Assembly: GCA_038087875.1 (NCBI GenBank)
Contig: CM075988.1
Span: 14,820,001-14,884,000, forward strand
Origin: Malacoraja senta
Taxonomy: Eukaryota
Direction: 5' to 3'
DNA length: 64,000 nt
The translations under genes and the position numbers were made by a program. Positions 37,091-48,008 of the stretch are shown one piece after another; within the stretch, counting starts at the first letter, position 1; every line of letters starts with the position of its first letter. The notes beneath the pieces are model-generated. The model did not search any database. It was not told where the DNA came from and was given only the letters and a program-made list of their open reading frames with translations.

Positions 37091-37455
37091 CATACTGTAG
37101 TATGCTGTTCCCATACTGCTACATTCTTCCCCCTTGCTTCACAATCCACAAATCTTCAAACCTGTCTCACATCCATTGTTTTTATCTCTGGCCTTTGTTC
37201 CAACCATCTGCCTGTTAAAAAATCCCTCATGCCTGTGTCGACGTATTTCCAGCAGGAATCACTGCCTCAGTCATTGAATTTGGATCCAAAGGACCTACTG
37301 ATGATGGGTTTGTTGTGTCTCAGATGTCACTCTATTCTGCCTTGTCATTAATTCCTGTGAGAGTGTGGATGAATATGAATATGATAAAAATGAATCCCCT
37401 ACCTTGCCTCTGTACATCAGGATTTATTTTTTAATCAGTTATTAAAGTTACTCTT

Positions 37456-38462
37456 AAGGGTAGCAGAGTCAGAGGATATGGGGAAAAGGCAGGAACGGGG
37501 TACTGATTGGGGATGATCAGCCATGATCACATTGAATGGCAATGCTGGCTCGAAGGGCCGAATGGCCTACTCCTGCACCTATTGTCTATTGTCTATTCTC
37601 TATTGTCTTTTGTCTATAGTTCCAGGCTGTAATCGCCACAGGCAAGGATTTGGCCCGACTTTAACATCATAAAAATTAACAAATTTCACACCTAGCTTTC
37701 TATTGCAGGAAGATCATAGACTCGGCCATTTATAATCTTTTGGCTTTGTTATCACTGTGAGCCAGCACCGCATCAAACACAGTGAGACCAGGAGTGGAAC
37801 AAATAAAATGCAGGAACTTCCAGGGTGCTTGTGTTTCCACCTCAGTCCAATTGCAATTCGAGTGAATTACCTCAAAATGTTGAATGGTAAATAGAACTGT
37901 GAATGTAAGATATCACACATTACAGACTATCTTAGCGTGTTTGTTTATTTTTAGAGTTGTCATTCAGCCAAGGAAATCTACCAACAACACTCTGACAACA
38001 GCCTACGCAATGTCTGCTTGGGGAAACTCTAAATAGCACTGGGCCTCTGCACGTTGGAATTTAGAAGATTCAGGGGGGACATCCTTGAAACTTACAGAAT
38101 AATGAATGACACAGATAGAGTGGATGTGGAAAGGATGCTTCCACTGATGGGAGAGTCTAGGAACCAGAGGTCATAGCCTCAGAATTAAAGGACGCTCTTT
38201 TAAAAAGGTGAGGAGGAACTTCTTTAGTCAGTGGGTAGTTAATCTGTGGAACTCATTGTCACAGAGGGCTGTGAAGGTCAAGTCGGTGGATATATTTAAG
38301 GCAGATATAGACAAATTCTTGATGAAAACGGGTGTCAAGGCTTATGGGGAGAAGGCAGAAAAATGGGATTAAGAAGCAGAGATCAGCCATGATTGAATGA
38401 ACTCGGAATTGAGTGGACTAGGTGGGCCGAATGGCCTAATTCTAATCCTTGTGACGTGAACT
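37456..38462 (+). mobile_element. Two CR1 3' fragments (37456-37615 and 38040-38462)
   Basis: Typical CR1 3'UTR gatcagccatgat...gggccgaatggccta. Confidence 0.75.
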
Positions 38463-38928
38463 TGTGAAATAGCGATAAGGCTGAATCTGTGACAACCAGG
38501 CAAACAAGATGGAGAAGCTTCTGCAATACGCAGTATCAATATTGCCATGGCAACAATTAGGCTGGAGTATCGAACGCAGAGGACGATTTGGTCCAGGATA
38601 AACACTGGCAAGGCAACATCTCCATTCCTGTGAAGTTTGCCTTTCACATGAGGGGCTGTCGTTGAGGTTTCCAGCAGCTGTCCTGCCATCCCTTCAGTGC
38701 TGGTCAGTTCCTAAGAGGTGGTGGTAAATGTAACATGAAACATCTGCTCTCTCCTTGCTCCCCTATTCCTTATGGGCCAGGGTGCATGAAGACAGTGAGT
38801 GTAATCTAAGTGCAAATGAATGGTGAAATGGGGTTTGGATTCCAATTGTCTTGTGAGGCGGTCCCTCAGGATCAAGGTTGACTTGCTTGCACTTCATTCT
38901 GAGGCAGTGGAAGATGCCTGCGTGTGAA

Positions 38929-39142
38929 AGATAGACACAAAATGGTAGAGTAACTCAGCAGGTCAGGCAGCATCTCTGTAGAAAATGGGTAGGTGACGTT
39001 TCAAGCTGGGACCCAAGAGTCCAAGCCTAAAATGTCACTCATCCATTTTCTCCAGAGATGCTGCCTGACCCGTTGAGTACTCCAGCATTTTGTGTCTGTC
39101 TTTGGTATAAACCAGCATCTGCAGTTCATTTTTCTTACATAT
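38929..39142. mobile_element. pLTR fold-back element
   Basis: 15-bp TSD atgcctg(c/t)gtgtgaa (38914-38928 and 39143-39157). Confidence 0.85.
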
Positions 39143-39199
39143 ATGCCTGTGTGTGAATCAAATTCTGCTGCACATGAATAGGGAGATGATATGAAATCT

Positions 39200-39480
39200 T
39201 CTGGGATGTTGAAAACATTCTACAGCCAGAAAGAGACATGATTTTGTAGTCACTGTTGCAAGCAAGGATACACAGTTGCTATTTCACACTCAAGATCCCA
39301 CAATCTGTGGCACTAACCAGATAATATGGGGTGTTTTGACTGAATGAGTGATAAATGCAGTACACCTCCCACTGTTCGTCCTCAAAGTAGTATCAAGGGA
39401 AATTTCACAAGTGTCTATTTCATTCAATGCCTTGCACAGCTCCCCTTCAATGCCTGGAATTCTGTGCTCTAGTCTTTACA
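39200..39480 (-). mobile_element. Ancient Deu-domain SINE remnant
   Basis: tgtagtcactgttg...caagatcccaca resembles the Deu core. A similar plus-strand remnant may lie at about 56100-56345. Confidence 0.4.
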
Positions 39481-39659
39481 TACAGCAGATCTTGGACCTC
39501 CTGATTCCATAGTCGGGGTAAGCCACAGCCAACCTGCAACAGGATTACATCCCACTCTCTCCCACCGATCTATTACTACTGTTGTACTGAACTGGCTTGG
39601 CACTCCTGAGACAACGTGTGGTTCAAATTAGGAGGCCTGCAAGGTAAATAAAATACCTA

Positions 39660-40205
39660 GGGAGGAGGAAGGGGACAAGGAGAGAGGAGAGCGGATGGGA
39701 GTTTGAGATGAAGTTATTTAAAATTAGAGCATTCATGTTCATACCGCTGGATTGTAAGCCACCCAAGTGAAATATGTTGCATATTACACTTGGGTGGCTT
39801 ACAATCCAGTGGTATGAACATGAATTCTCTTATTTTAAATAACTGCATATATTCCCCTCCCCGTCCCCCCTTCTTCCAAGCCCCTTTTCTCCTCCCTAGT
39901 CATTTTACCAGTTCCACAGACTTCACATTGTTTCACTTGAGATCACACCTTCCCTGACTAGCAATCGACCTACCAGGATACGCCCTGCCTGAGGTGATTT
40001 GTGGCTGGCCCTGATTGTTCCTGGTCTTTTCTCACCTCCACCTCCCCCCCCCCCCCCCCACCTCCAACTTTCAGTCTGAAGAATGGTCCTGACCCAAAAC
40101 ATCACCCATCCTTTGTCTCCAGAGATGCTGCCTGACCCACTGAGTTACTCCAGCATTTTGTGTCTATATTTGGTACGAACCAGCATCTGCAGTTCTTTGT
40201 TTCTG
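39660..40205 (+). mobile_element. Penelope 3' fragment with a 5' inverted duplication
   Basis: 13-bp TSD aataaaataccta (39647-39659 and 40206-40218); palindrome centred near 39778. Confidence 0.85.
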
Positions 40206-40473
40206 AATAAAATACCTACCGACATCTTTGGACCTCAGTCCCTGCACTGTCAGCTACTCCCAACAAATACCAACCTCCAGCTCAGGCTCGAACCACACCT
40301 CCCAATCCGAATCCGAATCCCACCCGCAACACTGCCACTCCCACTCAACAACATGCTGATGGGCATGATATCCATCCGCCCCCGGTCCGCAGTGAAAAAT
40401 ACATTCTCTTACTGCCAACCCCAAACAGTGGGCTGTTATGCACCAACCGACAATCATCTCAACCACACTAGAG

Positions 40474-40690
40474 AAGATAGACACAAAAAGCTGGAGTAAC
40501 TCAGCGGGACAGGCAGCATCTCTGGAGAGAAGAATGGGTGACGTTTCGGATTGAGACCCTTCTTCGGACGTCTTGTCCCAGAATGTCAACCATTCCTTCT
40601 CTCCAGAGATGTTGCCTGTCCCTCTGAGTTACTTCAGCTTTTTGTGTCTATCTTTGGTTTAAAGCAGCATCTGCAGTTCCTTCCTACACA
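40474..40690. mobile_element. pLTR fold-back element
   Basis: Inverted arms; cacactagagaaga on both sides. Confidence 0.85.
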
Positions 40691-41099
40691 CTAGAGAAGA
40701 AGCAGGTAGCAGGTTTCATGTGAAAATACCCAATATTCAATCTGCCAGAGACTTCTGGGATATACTGTCGTAGAGTTTGTGAGCAACTCTGCTATGACTG
40801 GAAAGTGTTGTGAAAATATTCACTGCAACAGGACTTTGCAGCAGAAAAGCCAGTGACAATACTGGTTGTAGATGGTCCTGATTAAAGCCCCAACTCTTTA
40901 TCTTCCTTCCATTCTAATCTGGTATTGTTATAGATCAATTTATCATTATATTTCAGTAGATCTTGCTCTTTGATTCCAGCTTTTGATATCTCTCTGTACG
41001 TTTTAATTTCTTGGCATAATAGCAAAGCCAAGTGACATTGAACACCTCACTATTCATTATGTGCCATGAGTTTTGTATCTGACCATGAAGAATCCAGGA

Positions 41100-41310
41100 A
41101 ATAAATAACAATGATAAAGGAAACAGGCCATTGTTAGCTGTTTTCTAGGTGAGAATGAAAAGCTGGTGTGACTTGGGTGGGGGAGGGGTGGAGAGAGAGG
41201 GAATGCAGGGTTACTTGAAGACGGAGAAATCAAACATGCCCCTGGGTTGTAAGCTGCCCAAGCGAAATATGAAGTGCCGTTCCTCCAATTTGTGTTTGGC
41301 CTCACTCTGA
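41100..41310 (-). mobile_element. Penelope 3' fragment
   Basis: Reverse of HKLEERHFIFRLGSLQP. Confidence 0.75.
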
Positions 41311-42299
41311 AAACTAATTTTTACCCCTCTGCTCAGATGTATTCGTGCTTAATGCATACACAGACTGTCAGCGATATTGAACAATTTAAACAATATTTTA
41401 TATCTCAGCCACACATCAGCAGGTGAGATATCTGCAATTTTGACTGAGTTGAGCCATGATTCCTATTCTATTCACGGCAGGAGTTAAAACTACAAGAGTG
41501 GCTTGAAGTCAGAGATTACTTTGCTCTTCTATCAAATCGTCCTTCCAAACAATATATATATATATCTTGTTTGTGGCCGCATCAACACTTCCATGTCACT
41601 ATTTGACAAATCATAGTCAGTGAGATAGGAAAAGATTCAGGGTGTGATTGGTATTCTAGGTTGTTCAGCTGTATTGATTGTTTTTCCTGCCCTTTGCAAC
41701 ACTCTGTATCCTGATCCATAATAACCATCATCAGGTTTTTTTTATAACTGTTTTAACCTGCTGAACACTGTGATGCTCCTGTGTTGATACATCCATGGTA
41801 TCAATTTCAAGCTATTCTTGTTTTTCCTGTAAGCGACGTATAATGAAAACATCCTTCCATTCACATCGATCAATAGAAACTTAACTGGTTGGAAGCAGTC
41901 AAAGCAACAGGAATATTGGTTTGAATCATCTTGGCTGATAACTAGTGGTTCTGAAAAGAATTGTCAACCTCTGCAAATCTTGGAATTCTTTGCTTTGAAA
42001 CCAAACATGGACATCCTAGGGGTGGAGCAGCAAGTCCCTGAAGTGAGGGTCAGGATGCACTTCGCACCTGTCCCTTCACTGCACATCAGGAAGGGTCAGT
42101 GCACAAGCAGAAGAAATGTGGAAGAGGAATTTGCTTTACTATACTACAATGTGCATATTTTTTGCCAGTGTTTTAATTTTATATTTTTTATTTCTTTTTA
42201 TAATGATTTTAACAATTAGTTTAAATATATTGGAATAGTTTTTAAATGTCACTGACGGCCAGAGATATTTAGTCTGGGCATACTGGGGCTCAGGATATG

Positions 42300-42588
42300 T
42301 GTTTAGTTTAGTTGAGAGATACAGCACAGAACAGGCTCATCAGCCCACCGAGTCTGCGCCGACCAGCGACAACCTGTACACTATCCCACACATGGGACAA
42401 TTTACTTTTTTTTACCAAAGCCAATTAACATACAAATCTGTACATCTTTAGAGTGTGGGAGCAAACGGGAGCACCCGGAAAAAACCAATGCGGTTGCAGG
42501 GAGAACATACAAACGCCGAACAGACAGCACCCATAGTCTGAATCGAACCGGTGTCTCTGACATTGTAAGGCAGCAACACTGAGCCGCC
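42300..42588 (-). mobile_element. V-SINE
   Basis: Reverse-strand B box, V-domain and CTAAA tail. Confidence 0.85.
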
Positions 42589-43024
42589 CCAAAAACCTGT
42601 GCCTGAGGCCTATTTGTTTCTTTGAACCTGCTCCACCTCATATGATGGTCAGAAACAACTCAGCCTCTGCTCATCACCTGGGGAAAAAAAGTATTGGGTC
42701 CTTGGGCAGTGGTCAGTTCACCAGACCAAATATGGGACAACCTTCACTTGCTATTGACCAAATGCAGGCAGAAAATAAAAGGCAGACTTGTCTATTCAAT
42801 GTGCGCAAAGACAAAATATTTTTTTCCTATGCGCCTTTCACATCTACAGAAGCATAATTTCTACTGCTTTTCACTGAAGTATTTTTAATGAGTGGAAAAT
42901 GTTTTGTGTTCCTATTGTTCAGTTTAAAATGTTTGTCTTTCTGTCAATGATCTTCATCTTCCCAATGTGGAGTGGATACATTGAGTAAGCTTTCAAACCA
43001 AATATACCATGTTTCCATGTGTAA

Positions 43025-44172
43025 AGGGCCTGTCCCACTGCGGCGAGCTAATTTGCGAGTTTAGAAGAGTTTGTTCTCGACTCAAACTCGCAGCATGGTC
43101 GACACGTGGTCCTAGGAGGTCCGAGGAGGTGACTGGAACTCTCCTTCATGCTCGAGGGAAGTTCCCGCATACTCGCAGCCTCAGTTTGGTCGAGGAAAAA
43201 TTTTCAGCATGCTGAAAAATTTTCCGTGAGTAAAAATTGGTTGGCATGGTTCTTTTGAACTCCTAGTGCAGTGGAGTGGGATCGCTAGGCAGTCGAGGTA
43301 GCCGTAGGCAATCTCCTTTGCTGACCTACATTTTAATTGGCTCATTGGAGTTTTCAGGCCCAAGGAAAACCGACCGGTAATGTTAAATACCCGCTAAACT
43401 CCCCCCTTCTCTCCCCTTCTCTCCCCCTCTCTCCCCCTCTCTCCCCCCTCCGCACTCTCTAAAGGACATAAAGGCCTGTCTCACGAGTCTGCGGTCTATG
43501 GCGGCGAAACGGGAAGAATCTGCCGCCATAGACCGCGCACTCGTGAGAAAGTACAATTCCCGGGCCGTGCGGCGGTGTTCCCAACACCGCGCGGTGCTAA
43601 AATAAAATCGACAATGTCCAAAACTAAATACTCACCGCACAACCTCCACCAGTGATGCACGAGTGCGGCACGGCCGCTCGCACGGGCCGCCGCCAGTATG
43701 GCTCGAGCGCCGTGCGTCAAACCTCCACTGCCATAGCCTCCGCCAGTGAGGCACGTGCCGCCGCCAGTGAGGCACGGCCGCTCGCACGGGCCGCCGTCAG
43801 TATGGCTCGAGCGCCGTGCATCAAACCTCCACTGCCACAGCCGCCGCTGGTGAGTCACGTGCGGCGGGCCGACGTCATCGCAGTCGGCCCGCCCTTTTAT
43901 TTACTTACCGCAAGCACGTGGGACCCGCCGTGTTTGAATTAACTCGGCCCCCGCGCAGCATCCGTGCGGCGCTCCGGTGGATAGGCTCGACGCTCTCGCC
44001 GTTGCCGCGCGGTCCTCGCTACTGGCGACGCCGCGCTTCACCGCCGATGACCGCAAACAGGTAAGACAGAGCCTTTACCGTACACTGTGGCAGCCGTCTT
44101 TTATCTTCCTGTTCTTTGCGGGTGTGAATTTCAGACAGTGCTCCCCCGCTTTCCTGGCCCCCGCCTTTGCGA

Positions 44173-44205
<33 letters not shown>

Positions 44206-44332
44206 TGACGGTCGATCCAGCTCGCAGTTTCATCGGTGACAGTCGATCCAGCTCGAAGTTTTTCAGGCGAGTGCCCTGGAGCTTGAAGGTCCAAGACAGT
44301 CGCTGAAAAGTCGCGTTAGTGGGACAGGCCCT
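43025..44332. mobile_element. Harbinger/PIF-like MITE
   Basis: TIRs AGGGCCTGTCCCACT / AGTGGGACAGGCCCT, flanked by TAA / TTA. Confidence 0.8.
43472..44074. mobile_element. Nested CpG-rich Harbinger-like MITE
   Basis: Imperfect TIRs aggcctgtctcac / gtaagacagagcct with TAA/TTA flanks. The empty site gacttacc is visible in the copy near 22835. Confidence 0.7.
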
Positions 44333-45071
44333 TTACTTTCTCCCATCATACTCATCAGACTCATCCTCCATTTTTTGATTAAAGAATTCTACTTTACATG
44401 TTTATTCTTACAATCTTTCTCACTATTCAGTCAGGTGTGTTTTACATTCTTTACAATATTGCAACAGTTCTCCATATTTTTACTTCATTAGTCGGGTTAG
44501 GTAGCTTTACAATGGAGTAACTGACTGGTGAAATGGTAGATCATTGAACAGAAACTAAATATTCAATGAATTTCCTTAAATGTATTAGCAGGTCATATGT
44601 TCTGTGTAATTTCATCAGAATTAAGCTAACAATCATCTTGGAGTCACCATTTGTGTACTTTAACAAGGAATTGATTAGTGTTAGCAGTAGTACGTTGTAT
44701 CCAGAGCATGTACAATTATCACAAGAATGAGATGCCACAGATTGGATTCACTACAGCTCAGTGTTAAACACCCTTTAAGCTCATTCAGTCAATGGTTTAA
44801 TATTCAAGTTTAAAAATTCATTCAAAATGACGTTTGTTGCAATATCAAGATGAACTTCCACCTACTATCAGATTTACAGCACAAATGAATTATTGTATCT
44901 TGCGATGTGCTGATCTGTTTGTCAACAGCACAGAAGAATTAAAATATGATACCTTTAGCTGCTGTGCGGTACATTAAGCATTGAAGGGAGATATTATAAC
45001 CGTGAATTAACCCAACACGTAGCATAATTCATGAATCATAAGATTTCATGGAAACCTGAGAACTAATAGTC

Positions 45072-45383
45072 TCGGTGGCACAGCGGTAGAGTTGCTGCCT
45101 TACAGCACCAGAAACCCGGGTTCGATCCTGACTACGCGTGCTGCCTGTAGGGAGTTTGTACATTCTCCCCATGACCTGCATGGGTATTCTCCGGGAACTC
45201 CGGTGTCCTCCCACACTCCAAAGACGCATAGCTTTATAGGTTAATTGGCTTGGTATAATTGTAAATTGTCCCTAGTATGTGTAGGATAGTGTTAGTGTGC
45301 GGGGATCGCTGATCGGCGCGGACTCGGCGGGCCGAAGGGCCTGTTTCCGTGCTGTATCTCTAAACTAAACTAAAACTAAACTA
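45072..45383 (+). mobile_element. V-SINE (young, full length)
   Basis: A box, B box gggttcgatcc, V-domain and (CTAAA)n tail. Confidence 0.92.
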
Positions 45384-45987
45384 ATCAAGCAACACCTATG
45401 TAAACCCAACTCCAGTTGGTGTGTTTTGTTTAAAATATTCCCCTAGAATATTAAAATATTACTCTGGAACCTGAAACTAGAATGCTGTTATCACTGTGAG
45501 GCCTCCAATGCTAACTCTGTAACATATGGTACAGAGCAAATTCTGTGCAGGTCTCTTTGCAAACAAGTTTTTTGTCACTGGAAGATAAGGCCAGGAGTAT
45601 GTACCGAGGACATGGTGACTGTAGATCTCGATCTGAATGCAAGATCTCTTCCTACAATGTGGTGAAACTGGAAATAACCCATTTATCAAAGTCAATGTTG
45701 TCACTTAACCTGCTGAATCACTGCTATTAATTACTGCAGCTGTTCGCTGCTATTATGTTTAGTCAATAGCAGTGAACCCTGTATTTAGGTTGATAACATC
45801 AGAGTACATTTACTTCAAACCTATTTCACATGAGTCAGTGGAAAGTTGAATATAAATTACCTAGAACATTGCTGTGGCTGGACTTAGGAATATTTTCCGG
45901 CATAAAAACAGGAACTGTTGGACATACTCAGTAGTTCAGGCAGATTCTAAGCAGAGATGACCTGATGAAAGGACGTTGACAAGAATT

Positions 45988-46180
45988 AAGTTTAGTTTCA
46001 GAGATACAACATGGAAACAGGCCCTTCGGCCGAACTGAATCCATGCCGACCATCGATCACCCATTCACACAAGTTCAATTTTATCCCGCTTTATCATTCA
46101 CTCCCTATATATTGAGGGCAACTTTTTCAGACGCCAATTAACGAACAAACCCACGCTACTTTGGGATGTGGAAGGAAATC
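45988..46180 (-). mobile_element. V-SINE 3' part
   Basis: tttagtttcagagatacaacatggaaacaggcccttcggcc. Confidence 0.75.
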
Positions 46181-47610
46181 AGAGAATTGTTCATTCTGTT
46201 TCTTTCTACACATTTCCAGCATGAATTTTTCCAGTGTCTGTAGCATCCTTCAGATATTTGTGTGGATTAGGTGGAGATTTCCTCCAATCTTGTGCAATGA
46301 ATAGCAAATTTCCCTGCAGTTGTCAAAACTAAATGTATGCATTCCATTGGGAAGAAGAAGCAGCCCCTTGAAACCAAGTTGATTTGGATGTATTCTTTTG
46401 AAAGTGCTGAAAATGTTTTCTTCTCATTTTCTAACAAATTAACAATAAGGAATATGACTGATGATTCACAGTTATTGTTTGATGCATCATAACATGGTTT
46501 ACAACCATAGTTTATTACACACTGTCAAACACACTGTCGGATCTCCCAGCACTGAAAAGTGGAAAGTAATTTGTGCTTTCAAAAATCATACTGCACTGTT
46601 TGGGGACCAATTCCATCTTGACCTTTAGTCAATTGATATATTTTTTGAGGTAAAATTTGACTCAAGCACTCGTGTCTGTGTAATAAAAAATAACAAATGC
46701 AACAAAATTGTGTCAATGCACAGAATTAAAATGATTTGGGTTTTCTCTCATTTTTATTTTTGGGGTTTTATTTTGAAGTTGTGACATTATAAATCTAAAC
46801 CCATATAGACTGCTTCAACCTCTAATAGGCCAGGAGTAGGTTGATTTTCTTTAAAGAGTAAAATCACATCTACTGTTCTCCGTGTTTCTTTAACTCTAGC
46901 AAGTAACAATGTACATAATTAATTCATTCACACAATCAACCTCTGACATTATCAACTCCACAGACTAGAAATAGTTCTTAGCAGGGATTCATCTGATATT
47001 AAATCATAATTGTAAAAGGGAAATGATTCAGCAACTAAGGTGTTTTATCTCCCAATGTGGGAGGGGGGGGGGAGAGAGAGGGGTGGAATAGTAATGCAAT
47101 CAAAACTAAATGTATTAATTGTGGCTTCCCACTGCACTAAATTTCAATGGCAAACCTGCTGTGGTGCTAATACCATCACTAGGCTCCTCGTCTTTGGATG
47201 ATGGATTCATCTTTGCAGCAAACTCTCAAGCATATGTGAACTTATTTTAGTCAGCATTAAATGCGCCGAGCACATGTATGGTAATATCAGTTTTCTGGCC
47301 TACACGCATGCTGTGTGGAATCAAGAACCTCTGTAAAGAACTTCTAAAGTACAACCTGTCAGCTGAAAAAAATGAAGGAAGAACTGACACGCATTTGTCA
47401 AATTACCCATTTTCCTACCCAAACCCCTTTGATCAGGTAACAATAAGATTTACAAGCCAATGCACAATTAACAGCCATGGTTCCACCAAGCTTGGAAATG
47501 AGCCTATGAAAATGGTTCTGTTGTGATAATAGTTGAACATAAAGCAGAATGATACTTCTAATTCCTGAACCTCAAAGAGACAAACATGATAAAGACGGTT
47601 GTATGCAGAA

Positions 47611-47883
47611 AGGGCAGCACAGTGGCGCAGCTGGTAGAGCTGCTGCCTCACAACGCCAGGGACCCGGCTTTGATCCCGAATCGTGGTGCTGACTAGACGA
47701 AGTTTCTACGTTCTCCCTGTGAATGCGTGGGTTTCCTCCGGGAACTCTGGTTTCCTCCCACATTCTAAAGACGTACAGATTTGTGGGTTAATTGGCTTGG
47801 TTAAATTGTAAATTGTCGCTAGTGTGTGTAGGATAGTGTTACTGTGTGGGGGCCCAGTGTTTCCGCGCTGTATCTCTAAACTA
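47611..47883 (+). mobile_element. V-SINE
   Basis: gggcagcacagtggcgcagctggtagagc head and ctgtatctctaaacta tail. Confidence 0.88.
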
Positions 47884-48008
47884 CATTTTGTGGAGAGTTT
47901 TTTGTCCCTTGGTCATCAGAAGTCTTTTCCTTCCACCAACATATCAAGGACAGAGTCCACAAATCAGCATGTCTGCTCTTGTACCTGAGCTACCAATACA
48001 TGCATTAA

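Noticed and set aside
43496..44306. GC-rich ORFs resembling a CpG-island first exon
   Set aside because: They lie wholly within nested MITEs.
47846..48008. Hydrophobic N-terminal extension on the 456-aa CR1 ORF, suggesting a fusion gene
   Set aside because: Chance read-through from the SINE tail and flank, starting at GTG. The downstream ORF is frameshifted and has stops.
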